DNA of 64,000 nt from Acidimicrobiaceae bacterium (GCA_002687745.1 NZBE01000019.1:50566-114565), one strand, 5' to 3'; counted from the stretch's first letter, positions 18,137 to 28,807 are shown. Notes: generated by a model from the sequence alone, not told the origin. Program-made: numbers and translations.

Positions 18137-18948
18137 GCCCCGGGGTTGCGGGACCGTCAGCGGTTGTCGTAGCTGGCCTGATCCTGCTCGCAGCCTCCTG
18201 CGGTGCAGGTGCCGTGGCACCGCCACGTACGGATCCGCCGGTAGTCGCCACCCCGAGCATTGCTACGACGACCACATCGCCACCGGCTACGACGACCACA
18301 TCGCCACCGGCTACGGCACGAGAGATGACAGGGCCCGACACCGAGGTGCTGGATCGGGTCTGGCGGTCGGTTGCACGTGTGAAAGGCCTCGGTTGCACAG
18401 CGTCTCAGGTGGGAACCGGGTTCGTCGTTGCGCCTGGGCTGATAGTTACCGCTGCCCACGTGGTTGCCGGCCTCTCAGCACCGGAGGTCGACCTTGGTGG
18501 TGAGATGCAGACGGCGACGGTAGTTGCGTTCGACACGGTTGCCGACCTGGCCCTGCTGGCAGCAGATACAGCCGTTGCCCAGGCGTTGGCGCCAGCTGAG
18601 GCTGTTGCCGGCCAACCGGTGGTCGTGCCTGCCTTTGACGAGGACGGAGTCCCCGAGACGATCACCGCGCGGATCATCAGGCGTATACGCGCCGTAGGAA
18701 AGGACATCTACGGAGAGCCCGGAGACGGACGGGATGCATTCGAGGTCGAGGCATCGGTCGGGCCCGGCAACTCAGGCGCACCCCTGGTGGATGGTTACGG
18801 AAACTCTGTGGGGGTTCTCTTCTCACGCACCCGGGGTGGGCCACAGGTGGCATACGCGGTGCAGGCCTCTGAGATAGGGCCGCTCCTGGATGCAGCGGCC
18901 CGGGGTGGGGGAACGCCGGTCGACTCTGGTGAGTGTCGACCCCGCTAG
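18133..18948 (+). CDS. Lipoprotein trypsin-like serine protease (S1 family)
   Basis: The GTG start overlaps the trmI stop (GTGA). Lipobox LAASC. Thr/Pro-rich linker. Catalytic triad contexts TAAHV, DLALL, GNSGAP. Confidence 0.8.
   Translation: MSPGVAGPSAVVVAGLILLAASCGAGAVAPPRTDPPVVATPSIATTTTSPPATTTTSPPATAREMTGPDTEVLDRVWRSVARVKGLGCTASQVGTGFVVAPGLIVTAAHVVAGLSAPEVDLGGEMQTATVVAFDTVADLALLAADTAVAQALAPAEAVAGQPVVVPAFDEDGVPETITARIIRRIRAVGKDIYGEPGDGRDAFEVEASVGPGNSGAPLVDGYGNSVGVLFSRTRGGPQVAYAVQASEIGPLLDAAARGGGTPVDSGECRPR
18262..18309 (+). repeat. Perfect 24-bp tandem duplication (x2, plus a partial third unit) inside the protease linker
   Basis: GCTACGACGACCACATCGCCACCG occurs twice in a row and encodes ATTTTSPP-ATTTTSPP. 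Confidence 0.9.
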
Positions 18949-18963
18949 ACCTCATAGCGACCA

Positions 18964-18987
18964 GTGGACGGCCGTTGGGCCGTCCAC
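18964..18987. terminator. Bidirectional hairpin between the convergent protease and ferredoxin genes
   Basis: GTGGACGGCC-GTTG-GGCCGTCCAC, a perfect 10-bp stem with a 4-nt loop. Confidence 0.55.
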
Positions 18988-19011
18988 GGAACCGATCTGA
19001 CGGAGTTCGCC

Positions 19012-19248
19012 TCAGTCAACCTCGATGTAGATGCACTCGCCGGGGCACTCCTCGGCAGACTCGATGGTTCCCTCCAGTTGGGCTTCGGTGATTGTGGCGA
19101 GACCCTCTGGACCACCCGGGTCGCTGAAGATCTTGTCGTCTTCCTTCACGTAGGCCAGTCCGTCGTCGAGGAGAGCGAACACATCGGGCGCAATTTCCTC
19201 GCAGAGGCCGTCGCCTGTGCAGAGATCCTGATCGATCCAGACCTTCAT
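19012..19248 (-). CDS. Small ferredoxin (single Fe-S cluster type)
   Basis: MKVWIDQDLCTGDGLCEEIAPDVF...CPGECI. ATG 19248 has a GAGAGGAA RBS. The ORF-track start at 19284 is less likely. Confidence 0.85.
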   Translation of the reverse strand: MKVWIDQDLCTGDGLCEEIAPDVFALLDDGLAYVKEDDKIFSDPGGPEGLATITEAQLEGTIESAEECPGECIYIEVD

Positions 19249-19425
19249 ACTGGTCGGGTTCCTCTCGCTGTGGTCGGACGACACCCGGTCGACACGACGT
19301 CTGTCTACTGATTCCGACTGAGCACCCTATCCGTACCCGCATCACCAGCATCCACCCCGGAGGGATTCGGGCGATGGCATCGGTCACGCCCGGTACGACA
19401 GGTAGGGTCGCCCAAGGGAGGCGAC

Positions 19426-21168
19426 ATGGCCGCAACAGACGGAGACGAAGCAGACTGTCCGGCCGAAGGCGGGGAGAAGGCCGCGCTCGAGGCCGAGATC
19501 CTCGAACTTCGGCGCCGTATCGAGGCGGCCCCGGCGCGAATCCAACAACTCGAGGCCGAAGTCCGTGATGTGAAGCGGGACCTTGTAGGTGCCACCTCAC
19601 GCAACCACAAGTTGAACTCCACCCTGGAGACAGCGCGCGAGCGCATCGCCCTACTGCGCGAGGAGGTCGACAAGCTCTCCCAGCCGCCGTCGGCCTACGG
19701 AACCGTTACCGGAACCAACGACGACGGCTCCGTCGACGTGCACTCGGCCGGACGCAAGATGCGGGTCGGCGTGCATCCAGACCTGGCCGGGTCCCTGAGG
19801 CCCGGTGTGGAGGTAGTTCTCAATGAGTCCATGAGCATCATCCTGGCGAGGCGTGCCGAGGTCACCGGCGAGGTGGTGACCGTCAAGGAGCTGCTCGATG
19901 ACGGGACCCGGGCCCTTGTGGTCGGGCGGGCCGACGATGAAAGGGTCGTCGAGCTGTCCTCGGGAGTGCTGGACGGGCACCTCCGCAGCGGCGACTCGGC
20001 CCTTGTCGACCCGAGGGCAGGCATTCTGCTGGAGCGCCTGCCGAGGCCCGAGGTCGAGGACCTGGTCCTCGAAGAGGTACCCGATGTCACCTACGAGGAT
20101 GTGGGCGGTCTCGCATCACAGATCGAGAAGATCGTCGACGCCGTCGAGCTTCCCTTCCTTCACCGGGCCATGTTCTCCGACTACAGCCTGCCGGCACCCA
20201 AGGGCATCCTGCTCTACGGTCCACCCGGCTGCGGCAAGACCCTCATTGCAAAGGCGGTCGCAAACTCGTTGGCCAACAAGGTCGCTGAGGTCTCAGGAGA
20301 CCGCGAGGCGCGCAGTTTCTTCCTGAACATCAAGGGGCCCGAACTCCTCAACAAGTACGTCGGCGAGACCGAGCGGCAGATCCGACTCGTGTTCCAGCGT
20401 GCACGCGAGAAGTCAGAGCAGGGATGGCCCGTCATCGTGTTCTTCGACGAGATGGAGTCCCTGTTCCGTACACGCGGAACGGGCATCAGCTCTGACATCG
20501 AGTCCACCATCGTTCCCCAGTTGCTGGCCGAGATAGACGGTGTCGAGACACTGCGCAACGTGATCGTCATCGGTGCCTCCAACAGGGAGGACCTCATCGA
20601 CCCTGCCATATTGCGGCCAGGTCGTCTCGACGTGAAGATCAAGATCGAGCGTCCCGACGAGATGGCAGCCAGCCAGATCTTCAGCCGCTACCTCATCGCA
20701 GAGCTGCCACTCGATGAGGACCTCGTGGCGACAACAGGTGGAGGCGACCGCGAAAAGGCTGTCAGGTCGATGATCGACGAAGCTGTGACAGCCATGTACA
20801 CCGACACCGAGACCAACCGCTTCCTCGAAGTCACCTACCAGAATGGAGACAAGGAGGTCCTCCACTTCCGTGACTTCGCCTCCGGCGCAATGATCGAAAA
20901 CATCGTACGCAGGGCGAAGAAGCTGGCGATCAAGCGGGAACTGGCCGGCGGTCACCGTGGAATCCGCACCGAGGACCTCACCCGGGCTGTCCGTCAGGAG
21001 TTCAAGGAACACGAGGATCTGCCCAACACGACCAACCCGGACGACTGGGCGAAGATCTCCGGAAAGAAGGGCGAGAGAATCGTCTATGTCCGTACCCTGA
21101 TCTCAGGTCCCGATGAGGACGGTGGTGGCCGCACCATCGACGGTGTGGGAACCGGCCAGTACCTCTGA
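19426..21168 (+). CDS. mpa: Proteasome-associated AAA ATPase Mpa/ARC
   Basis: N-terminal coiled coil, Walker A GPPGCGKT, Walker [11 protein letters not shown], and the diagnostic C-terminal GQYL tail. Confidence 0.95.
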   Translation: MAATDGDEADCPAEGGEKAALEAEILELRRRIEAAPARIQQLEAEVRDVKRDLVGATSRNHKLNSTLETARERIALLREEVDKLSQPPSAYGTVTGTNDDGSVDVHSAGRKMRVGVHPDLAGSLRPGVEVVLNESMSIILARRAEVTGEVVTVKELLDDGTRALVVGRADDERVVELSSGVLDGHLRSGDSALVDPRAGILLERLPRPEVEDLVLEEVPDVTYEDVGGLASQIEKIVDAVELPFLHRAMFSDYSLPAPKGILLYGPPGCGKTLIAKAVANSLANKVAEVSGDREARSFFLNIKGPELLNKYVGETERQIRLVFQRAREKSEQGWPVIVFFDEMESLFRTRGTGISSDIESTIVPQLLAEIDGVETLRNVIVIGASNREDLIDPAILRPGRLDVKIKIERPDEMAASQIFSRYLIAELPLDEDLVATTGGGDREKAVRSMIDEAVTAMYTDTETNRFLEVTYQNGDKEVLHFRDFASGAMIENIVRRAKKLAIKRELAGGHRGIRTEDLTRAVRQEFKEHEDLPNTTNPDDWAKISGKKGERIVYVRTLISGPDEDGGGRTIDGVGTGQYL

Positions 21169-21233
21169 GAGGCCCTTCGGTCAGCCTCGTAGGCCAGCCA
21201 GCCGGCAGGGGGCAGCCCCGCTAGGGTCCGCGC

Positions 21234-22745
21234 ATGCCCGTACCCAAGACGCTCGGCATTGAAACCGAGTACGGGATCGTCCACCGGGGGGTTGACGATC
21301 CGAACCCCATCAGCGCCTCGTCGCTTCTGATCAACGCCTACCTGAGCAGGCGCTCCCAGCCGGGTGTCGGGCCGGGGTCTCCCAGAGTGGGCTGGGACTT
21401 CGTCGACGAGACACCCCACAACGACATCCGCGGCTTCAGCCATATCGGATCAATGGCCCCCGAGGTCGAAACACACCTGGTCAACGCAGTCCTCACCAAC
21501 GGCGCCCGTTACTACGTCGATCATGCGCACCCCGAACTGAGTACCCCCGAGTGTGCCGATGCCATGTCTGTGCTGCGTCATGACCGCGCTGGTGAACTCA
21601 TAATGATCGAGTCCATGGCGGCGGCCAACGAGGTGCTGCCCGCCGGCGAGGAACTGGTCGTCTACAAGAACAACTCCGACGGCAAGGGCAACAGCTACGG
21701 CTGCCATGAGAACTACCTGATGGACAGGGCCACGTCGTTCGCCGAGATCGTGCAGCACGCAACCACCCACTTCGTGACACGTCAGGTCTTCACCGGCGCC
21801 GGCAAGGTCGGATGTGAGGCACCCTGGATGCCGGAGGGCTCCATTGGATTCCAGCTGACACAGCGTGCCGACTTCTTCGAGGAGGAGGTCGGCCTCGAGA
21901 CCACACTCAAGCGCCCGATCATCAACACCCGCGACGAACCCCATGCGGATCCGCTCCTCTACAGGCGCCTCCACGTGATCGTGGGTGACGCCAACCTCTG
22001 TGAGGTCGCGACACTCCTGAAGCTGGGAACAACTGCGATCATCCTTGCAATGGTCGAAGAGGGCTTCATGGACCCCGCACTTCAGGTCTCCGACCCGGTC
22101 CGTGCCCTCCAGGCCGTGTCTTTCGACACCGGCCTCAGCCAACCCCTCCTTCTCGCTGACGGCCGCACCGCTACAGCCGTCGACGTTCAGTGGGAGCTGC
22201 TCGAGCAGGCCCAGAAGTTCACCCTGCAACGCGGGACAGAGCTGACAGGCGGGCCCGTCGCCGACCTGGTCCTGCTCCGCTGGGAGGATGTCCTCACCTC
22301 GCTCGAGTCCGACCCGTCGGAACTGGTCGGGGTGGTCGACTGGGTTACCAAGAAGCACCTCCTTGACGGGCTGGCTGAACGGCACGGCCTCGGTCCGGGC
22401 GATGCGCGCCTGGCCGCACTCGACCTCCAATACCACGATCTACGCCCGGAGCGGTCCCTCTTTGCAAGGGTCGGTGCTGAGGCACTTGTCGACGTACCCG
22501 ACGCGGTTGCCGCAATGGAAGCCCCGCCGGATGACACCAGGGCCTACTTCAGGGGTCGATGTCTTCAGAAGTGGCCCGCCGACATCGTGGCAGCCAACTG
22601 GGACTCGATGGTCTTTGACCTCGGGAGGCAGACACTGAGGCGTGTCCCGATGATGGAGCCGACACGTGGTACCCGCGAACACGTGGGTACGCTCCTTGAT
22701 GAGTGCGAAACGGTTGCAGAGCTACTTGGCAGGCTGTCCACCTGA
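21234..22745 (+). CDS. dop: Pup deamidase/depupylase Dop
   Basis: N-terminus [21 protein letters not shown] motif of the PafA/Dop family. Lies immediately upstream of pup. Confidence 0.93.
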   Translation: MPVPKTLGIETEYGIVHRGVDDPNPISASSLLINAYLSRRSQPGVGPGSPRVGWDFVDETPHNDIRGFSHIGSMAPEVETHLVNAVLTNGARYYVDHAHPELSTPECADAMSVLRHDRAGELIMIESMAAANEVLPAGEELVVYKNNSDGKGNSYGCHENYLMDRATSFAEIVQHATTHFVTRQVFTGAGKVGCEAPWMPEGSIGFQLTQRADFFEEEVGLETTLKRPIINTRDEPHADPLLYRRLHVIVGDANLCEVATLLKLGTTAIILAMVEEGFMDPALQVSDPVRALQAVSFDTGLSQPLLLADGRTATAVDVQWELLEQAQKFTLQRGTELTGGPVADLVLLRWEDVLTSLESDPSELVGVVDWVTKKHLLDGLAERHGLGPGDARLAALDLQYHDLRPERSLFARVGAEALVDVPDAVAAMEAPPDDTRAYFRGRCLQKWPADIVAANWDSMVFDLGRQTLRRVPMMEPTRGTREHVGTLLDECETVAELLGRLST

Positions 22746-22778
22746 CGGCCCGGTCCGGTTCATCGGCGAGGAGACGAC

Positions 22779-22982
22779 ATGGCTGAGCAGGAACAGAAGA
22801 GGCCGGTTCGCGACGACAGCGACCACGAAGAGGCGGTCGATGTGGGAGCCGCACAGTCCGCCAGCAGGGGCAGTGACCGCCTGAAGGGCGAACTCGACGA
22901 CCTGCTCGACGAGATCGACGAGGTGCTTGAGTCCAACGCCGAGGAGTTCGTGAAGAGCTACATCCAAAAGGGTGGCGAGTAG
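22779..22982 (+). CDS. pup: Prokaryotic ubiquitin-like protein Pup (C-terminal GGE)
   Basis: 67 aa, disordered and acidic, with the Mpa-binding helix [29 protein letters not shown]. Confidence 0.93.
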   Translation: MAEQEQKRPVRDDSDHEEAVDVGAAQSASRGSDRLKGELDDLLDEIDEVLESNAEEFVKSYIQKGGE

Positions 22983-23013
22983 GCAGCCTCGTGACCGGGT
23001 TAGCCTCCGCACC

Positions 23014-23817
23014 GTGACCTTTCCGCTTTTCACCCCGGCTGAGGACCCCGGTCCCAGTTTCGTGGCTCTGTTGGCCCGGCTCGGCATGGACCGGCCGGAG
23101 TCTGACCTGGGCCAGACCTCGCCCCATGGCTTCGAGGGGGTAGCACATGGCACCACCGTGCTGGCTGTCCGCTTCGCTGATGGCGTGGTCATGGCAGGGG
23201 ACCGGCGGGCGACAAGCGGCCACCTGATAAGCCACCGCTCAATAGAAAAGGTCTTTCCGGCCGACTCCGGATCCGGGGTTGCCATTGCCGGTGCCGCCGG
23301 ACCGGCGATGGAGATGGTGAGGTTGTTCCAGCTCCAACTCGAGCACTACGAGAAGGTCGAGGGAAACCCCCTCAGCCTCGAGGGCAAGGCCAACCAGCTG
23401 ACCCTGATGCTGCGATCGCATCTTCCCGTGGCGATGATGGGCCTGCCGGTTGTGCCCCTCTTTGCCGGCTACGACCAGCAACAGGGTCGTGGTCGACTGT
23501 TCCAGTTCGACATAACCGGAGGGCGCTACGAGGAACAGGACCATGCCGCAACCGGATCCGGAAGCCTCCACGCCACAACTGTCATGAAGCTCCGCTTCAA
23601 CGACACCCTCGATGCCGACTCCACCCTCGACCTTGCCATCGAGGCTCTCTTTCATGCAGCCGACGAAGACAGCGCCACGGGCGGACCCGACATGATTCGC
23701 GGCATCTTTCCCGTCCTGGCCACCATTACCTCCTCAGGTTTCGAGCGGCTTGCAGACGAAGATGTCGCCAGGCGCACGTCAGGCCTTCTTGACCGACTGA
23801 GCGGTGGTTCCCGATGA
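23014..23817 (+). CDS. prcB: 20S proteasome beta subunit PrcB
   Basis: Propeptide ending HG followed by the catalytic TTVLAVRF. GTG 23014 (VTFPL...) parallels the mycobacterial MTWPL N-terminus. The maximal ORF begins at 22972, overlapping pup. Confidence 0.9.
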   Translation: MTFPLFTPAEDPGPSFVALLARLGMDRPESDLGQTSPHGFEGVAHGTTVLAVRFADGVVMAGDRRATSGHLISHRSIEKVFPADSGSGVAIAGAAGPAMEMVRLFQLQLEHYEKVEGNPLSLEGKANQLTLMLRSHLPVAMMGLPVVPLFAGYDQQQGRGRLFQFDITGGRYEEQDHAATGSGSLHATTVMKLRFNDTLDADSTLDLAIEALFHAADEDSATGGPDMIRGIFPVLATITSSGFERLADEDVARRTSGLLDRLSGGSR

Positions 23818-23851
23818 TCAGGGTCTGTCTCCGAAGCCGGGGGAGGCATTC

Positions 23852-24529
23852 ATGACCGTTCCGATGTACGTGCCGCCTGAACAGGTGATGAAGGACCGGG
23901 CAGACTACGCCCGCAAGGGAATCGCCCGTGGCCGGGCTTCGATTGCGAGCACCTACCGCGATGGTGTCCTGCTGTGCGCTGAGAACCCCTCCAACACCCT
24001 CCGCAAGGTGAGCGAGATCTACGACCGAATCGGCTTCATGGGGGTCGGCAAGTACAACGAGTTCGATCAACTCAGGATTGCCGGAGTCCGGCACGCCGAC
24101 CTCAAGGGTTACTCCTACAGCCGGGCCGATGTTGACGCACGCTGGCTCGCCAACCAGTACGCACAGATTCTCGGTCAGTACTTCACCCACGAGATGAAGC
24201 CACTCGAGGTCGAGATGCTGATTGCCGAGATGGGCCCTGAACCTGACGGCGACCGTCTGTTCCACCTGCTGTACGACGGAACCGTGATGGACATGACCAC
24301 CTTTGTGGTCATAGGTGGAGAGGCAGACGTGATTCGGGAGCGGATGGAGGCCTCATGGGCCACTGGCGCCGATCTAGATACCGCACTCGGGGCAGCCGTG
24401 GGTGCGCTTGCCGGACCAGACCGGACGCTCGGCCCCGAAGATCTCGAGGTGGCGGTTCTTGCCAGGGACAATGGCAGGAGAGCATTCCAGCGCCTCGAGG
24501 GTGAGGCGCTCGCCGCACTCCTCGGCTGA
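23852..24529 (+). CDS. prcA: 20S proteasome alpha subunit PrcA
   Basis: ATG 23852 is preceded by GGGGGAGG. Sequence [24 protein letters not shown]... Confidence 0.92.
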   Translation: MTVPMYVPPEQVMKDRADYARKGIARGRASIASTYRDGVLLCAENPSNTLRKVSEIYDRIGFMGVGKYNEFDQLRIAGVRHADLKGYSYSRADVDARWLANQYAQILGQYFTHEMKPLEVEMLIAEMGPEPDGDRLFHLLYDGTVMDMTTFVVIGGEADVIRERMEASWATGADLDTALGAAVGALAGPDRTLGPEDLEVAVLARDNGRRAFQRLEGEALAALLG

Positions 24530-24542
24530 CGGCAGGCGACCT

Positions 24543-25901
24543 GTGGAGCGTCGCATCTATGGGATCGAGAACGAGTTCGGTGTCACCTGCACCCTGGACG
24601 GCCAACGGCGCCTGAGCCCCGATGAGGTAGCGCGCTACCTGTTCCGCAAGGTGGTGGACTGGGGCCGCAGTTCCAACGTGTTCCTCGTGAACGGTGCACG
24701 CCTCTACCTCGACGTTGGCTCACATCCGGAGTATGCAACACCCGAGTGCGACTCGCTCCACGACGTCGTCGCACATGAGAAGGCCGGGGAGCGGATCCTT
24801 GAGCAGTTGATCGGCTCAGCCGAGGAGCGCCTCCAGGAGGAGGGAATCAACGGAAAGGTGTTCCTGTTCAAGAACAACACGGACTCTGCCGGCAACTCCT
24901 ACGGATGCCATGAGAACTACCTGACGACAAGACGGGACGACGGAGCCGAGTACGCCGAGACGCTGATCCCGTTTCTGGTCAGCCGCCAGATCTACACAGG
25001 TGCCGGGAAGGTGCTCCAGACTGCGCGAGGAGCGATGTACTGCATCAGCCAGCGGGCCGAGCACATCTGGGAGGGGGTCTCCAGCGCCACCACCCGCTCA
25101 AGGCCGATAATCAACTCGCGCGACGAACCGCATGCCGATGCCGAGCGCTTCAGGCGACTGCATGTGATTGTGGGCGACTCAAACATGAGCGAGTACACGA
25201 CATTCCTGAAGATTGGAGTGTGCGGGATCCTCCTTCGGATGCTGGAGGAACCCAACGTGATCCTGCGTGACATGACCCTTGAGAACCCGATAAGGGCCAT
25301 CCGCGAGATCAGCCACGACCCGACATGCAGGCGAACCGTTCGCCTTGCAAACGGTCGTGAGCTGACCGCCCTCGACATGCAGACCGAGTTCCTCGAACGC
25401 GCTCTCAGGTTCGCGGAGCACCGCGACATGAGCCCTGAGGAAACCATGGTCCTTGAGATGTGGCAGCACTGCCTCGAAGGGTTGGCAGGGGATCCGATGG
25501 ATCTGGCGGCGGAATGCGACTGGGTTGCCAAACGCCACCTGATCGACGGGTACATGGAGCGCCACAACCTGCCGCTCTCCGATCCCGCCGTGGCGTTGGT
25601 CGACCTGCAGTACCACGACGTCGACCGTCGAAGGGGCCTCTTCTACCGCCTGCAGGACCGGGGGCTCATGAAGCGGACCACTACCGACGCTGCTGTCGAG
25701 GATGCAATGGCCAATGCACCCGGCAGTACCCGTGCAAGGCTTCGCGGTGAGTTCATCAAGCGCGCCAAGGAGCGCAAGCGTGACTACACAGTGGACTGGG
25801 TGCACCTGAAGTTGAACGACCAGGCCCAGCGAACCGTGCTCTGCAAGGATCCGTTCAGATCCCAGGACGAGCGGGTCCAGAAGCTCATCGACTCACTCTG
25901 A
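24543..25901 (+). CDS. pafA: Pup-protein ligase PafA
   Basis: GTG 24543 gives [16 protein letters not shown] (compare Mtb MQRRIMGIETEFGVTC). [11 protein letters not shown] motif. The ORF-track extension from 24402 overlaps prcA. Confidence 0.93.
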   Translation: MERRIYGIENEFGVTCTLDGQRRLSPDEVARYLFRKVVDWGRSSNVFLVNGARLYLDVGSHPEYATPECDSLHDVVAHEKAGERILEQLIGSAEERLQEEGINGKVFLFKNNTDSAGNSYGCHENYLTTRRDDGAEYAETLIPFLVSRQIYTGAGKVLQTARGAMYCISQRAEHIWEGVSSATTRSRPIINSRDEPHADAERFRRLHVIVGDSNMSEYTTFLKIGVCGILLRMLEEPNVILRDMTLENPIRAIREISHDPTCRRTVRLANGRELTALDMQTEFLERALRFAEHRDMSPEETMVLEMWQHCLEGLAGDPMDLAAECDWVAKRHLIDGYMERHNLPLSDPAVALVDLQYHDVDRRRGLFYRLQDRGLMKRTTTDAAVEDAMANAPGSTRARLRGEFIKRAKERKRDYTVDWVHLKLNDQAQRTVLCKDPFRSQDERVQKLIDSL

Positions 25902-25932
25902 GAGCGGCCATCGCCAGGTCTAGGCTGCGGCT

Positions 25933-26856
25933 GTGAAGAAGTTGGAGCGGATGCTCAACCTGGTAGCGGCGCTGCTGGCTACCGAGCGGCCTCTCAGCAG
26001 ACGGGAGCTGCGCAACCGGCTTCCCGAGGGTGCCTACTCGGACAATGACGAGAGTTTCAGGCGTACGTTTGAGCGCGACAAGGAGGAACTGCGGTCCATG
26101 GGTCTGCCCCTGACCGTGGAGCCGGTTCCCGGAACCGATCCACCCGTCGACGGATACAGGATCCGACCTGGTGACTACGAGGCTGATCTGCCGGACCTCA
26201 CCGCCGATGAGCTGGCTGCCCTTCACCTTGCATCCAACCTCGTACGCCTCCGGGATGCGCCCAGGTCGGACCCCTTCTGGAGACTGGGAGGTGTGCTGCA
26301 GGCTGATTCCCCCGAGGTTGGAGCCGTGGCCGAAGTACCGGCTGGGGAGGCCGTCAGACAGCTCATGACAGCTACTGCGGAACGGCGCATCGTGACCTTC
26401 GGGTACAACGGTCGCAACCGGACCGTGGAGCCACACAGCCTCGTCTTCACCCGGGGCCGTTGGTACCTGGCCGGCCATGACAGGGGACCCGCCGAGTCAA
26501 GACAGTTCAGGGTGGACCGGATAGCCGGCGAGGTGACCGCCGGTGAGGCGGCGGGGTTCGTGAGGCCCGAGGACCCTGCCAAGGTCAACGTCGAGCCGGC
26601 CTGGCGGTACGGCGAGGACGAGCCGCTGGTGGCCAACCTGCTGGTCCACCGACGGCATGTCCCCTGGATCGTCGACTTTCTCGGCGAGGAGGCCGTTCAA
26701 GAGCGCGGGGAGGACGGTTCGGCAGTGGTTGCGGAGACGGTTCGCAACCGCGCTGCCTTCCGATCATTCGTGCTCACCTTCCTCGACGGTGCCGAGCTGC
26801 TGGGCCCCGATGAACTCAGAACCGACATGGTCGCCTGGCTCGAGGCACTCCGATGA
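25933..26856 (+). CDS. pafB: PafB-like HTH/WYL transcriptional regulator
   Basis: N-terminal winged HTH (LERMLNLVAALLATERPLSRRELR), a central WYL-type region (RGRWYLAGHD), and its position after pafA. Confidence 0.8.
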   Translation: MKKLERMLNLVAALLATERPLSRRELRNRLPEGAYSDNDESFRRTFERDKEELRSMGLPLTVEPVPGTDPPVDGYRIRPGDYEADLPDLTADELAALHLASNLVRLRDAPRSDPFWRLGGVLQADSPEVGAVAEVPAGEAVRQLMTATAERRIVTFGYNGRNRTVEPHSLVFTRGRWYLAGHDRGPAESRQFRVDRIAGEVTAGEAAGFVRPEDPAKVNVEPAWRYGEDEPLVANLLVHRRHVPWIVDFLGEEAVQERGEDGSAVVAETVRNRAAFRSFVLTFLDGAELLGPDELRTDMVAWLEALR

Positions 26857-27806
26857 CCTCGCTCACGGCCCTCGACCGGCTGCGACGCCTTCTGGCTGTC
26901 ATCCCCTGGGTGGTCGAGAAGGACGGCCCGCTGATCGACGAGATCGTCGAGAGGTTCGACTACCGCCGATCCGAACTGCTTGAGGACCTTGAGCATGTTC
27001 TCTTCTTCGTCGGGGTCCATCCGTTCACCCCCGACTGCCTGATCGACGTAATTGTCGCCGAGGAGCGGGTCTGGATCCGGTATGCCGACTGGTTCCGGAG
27101 ACCCATGCGCCTCGGGGCCGCTGAGAACGCTGCGCTCTACGCCGCCGGCCGGTCGGTTGCAGCAATCACAGACGACGAGGAGCTGGGTCCACTGGAGCGA
27201 GCCCTGACGAAGTTGGCTGGCAGCATGGCCTCGGGGGACAACCGGGCCGTCGAGGTGCGTCTCGGACCGGGGTCCATCGAGACCATTGACATCATCCGTG
27301 CAGCAGTGGCCGACCAGACAACAGTCGACATCGACTACTACTCGTACGGCAGGGATGTCGACGGACAACGTCTGGTGGATCCCTACAGGTTCTATGCCGA
27401 CAAGGGCCACTGGTATGTGAGCGGCCACTGTCACAAAGCCGGGTCCCAGCGGGTGTTTCGGGTTGACCGCATCAGCCGCTGCGAGTCGACCTCTCTGAGC
27501 TTCGACCCACCAGACGCACCAGCTGACACGATCGACCACATACCCACCGATGGAGACCTCCCCGCGGTGGTTGTCGAGCTGGCAGCGGAGGCGAGGTGGG
27601 TGATCGAGGAGTACCCGCACAGCGGAGTTCAGGAACTCTCGGACGGTTCGGTGCGCGTGAGCCTGCCCGTCTCATCTCCGCAGTGGCTGGAACGCCTGCT
27701 GCTGCGCCTCGGGCCTACGGGTTCGGTTGTTGAGGCACCCGAAGGGCTGGGCATCGAGGTCCGCTCCGCGGCCGCACGGCGCATCCTCGCCGTATACGGG
27801 GTCTGA
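26853..27806 (+). CDS. pafC: PafC-like HTH/WYL transcriptional regulator
   Basis: ATGA overlap with pafB. LDRLRRLLAVIPWVVE HTH and a GHWYVSGHC WYL-type motif. Confidence 0.8.
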   Translation: MTSLTALDRLRRLLAVIPWVVEKDGPLIDEIVERFDYRRSELLEDLEHVLFFVGVHPFTPDCLIDVIVAEERVWIRYADWFRRPMRLGAAENAALYAAGRSVAAITDDEELGPLERALTKLAGSMASGDNRAVEVRLGPGSIETIDIIRAAVADQTTVDIDYYSYGRDVDGQRLVDPYRFYADKGHWYVSGHCHKAGSQRVFRVDRISRCESTSLSFDPPDAPADTIDHIPTDGDLPAVVVELAAEARWVIEEYPHSGVQELSDGSVRVSLPVSSPQWLERLLLRLGPTGSVVEAPEGLGIEVRSAAARRILAVYGV

Positions 27807-27826
27807 GCGCCACCGCGAACAGGCCC

Positions 27827-28807
27827 ATGGGGGCTAGGTTCGGCGCCGTGGACGGCGAATACGAAACAGGCGACCCTGAGGGGCAGGAAGCCGACGACGC
27901 CTGGGCAGACGAACTCATTGAGCGAGCAAGGGCCAGATCCGTTGATGACCCATCGGAATCCGCGGATGAGACGTCCGAGCCTGTTCTCCCCACCGGGCTG
28001 CCCCGTGGAGACGCGGACCTGCAGAACATGGATCCCACCCAGCCGGCAGCAGCAGGGGAGGCCCCGCAGCGTCGTCCGCCTCTGGTTACATTCGAGGACA
28101 TTCACGGTTCCTCAGGGGCATTTCCCGTGCTTCCTGAGGAACGTCCCCAGCAGCCCGCTCCACAGTTCACCCAGCGGGTACAGGGTGAACCGCCGGTACA
28201 GCCTGACCCCATGCACCAGGTGGATCTGGGGATACCCGGGTCAGGAGTCAGCTTCCGAAAGGCCGCTGTCGAGTGGGGGAGCGTCATAGTCGGAGCACTG
28301 GTCATGGCTCTTCTCGTGAAGGCCTACCTGTTCCAGGCCTTCTACATCCCGTCGCCCTCGATGGAGCCGACGTTGGGCAACGGTGACCGGATCATCGTGA
28401 ACAAGTTGAGCTACAGGCTGCATGAGGTCAACCGGGGCGACGTCGTGGTCTTCAAGGCACCACAGGGTGCGGTGAACGGCATCGAGGATCTGATCAAGCG
28501 CGTCATTGCTCTATCCGGCGAGACCATCAGCACAGAGGACGGCAGGGTCCGAATCGATGGCGGCCTCCTGTTGGAGCCCTATCTGGTCGCCCAGGACCTG
28601 ACCTCAGGGTTCGCCCTCCCCCCCGGATGCCTGAATCCGACCGGGGCTGCCGACACCTGCCTGGTGCCACCGGGTCACGTGTTCGTCCTGGGGGACAATC
28701 GGGGCAACTCGAAGGACGGCCGCTTCTTCGGGCCGATTCCCGAGGAGTCCATCGCAGGGAGGGCATTTCTGCGGGTCTGGCCCCTCGGCGGCCTCGGCCG
28801 GCTCTGA
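27827..28807 (+). CDS. lepB: Signal peptidase I with a long acidic N-terminal extension
   Basis: SPSMEPTL (catalytic Ser box), KRVIALSGETI (Lys box) and GDNRGNSKDGRFFGPI. One TM helix at about residues 150-170. The start is uncertain. Confidence 0.85.
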   Translation: MGARFGAVDGEYETGDPEGQEADDAWADELIERARARSVDDPSESADETSEPVLPTGLPRGDADLQNMDPTQPAAAGEAPQRRPPLVTFEDIHGSSGAFPVLPEERPQQPAPQFTQRVQGEPPVQPDPMHQVDLGIPGSGVSFRKAAVEWGSVIVGALVMALLVKAYLFQAFYIPSPSMEPTLGNGDRIIVNKLSYRLHEVNRGDVVVFKAPQGAVNGIEDLIKRVIALSGETISTEDGRVRIDGGLLLEPYLVAQDLTSGFALPPGCLNPTGAADTCLVPPGHVFVLGDNRGNSKDGRFFGPIPEESIAGRAFLRVWPLGGLGRL

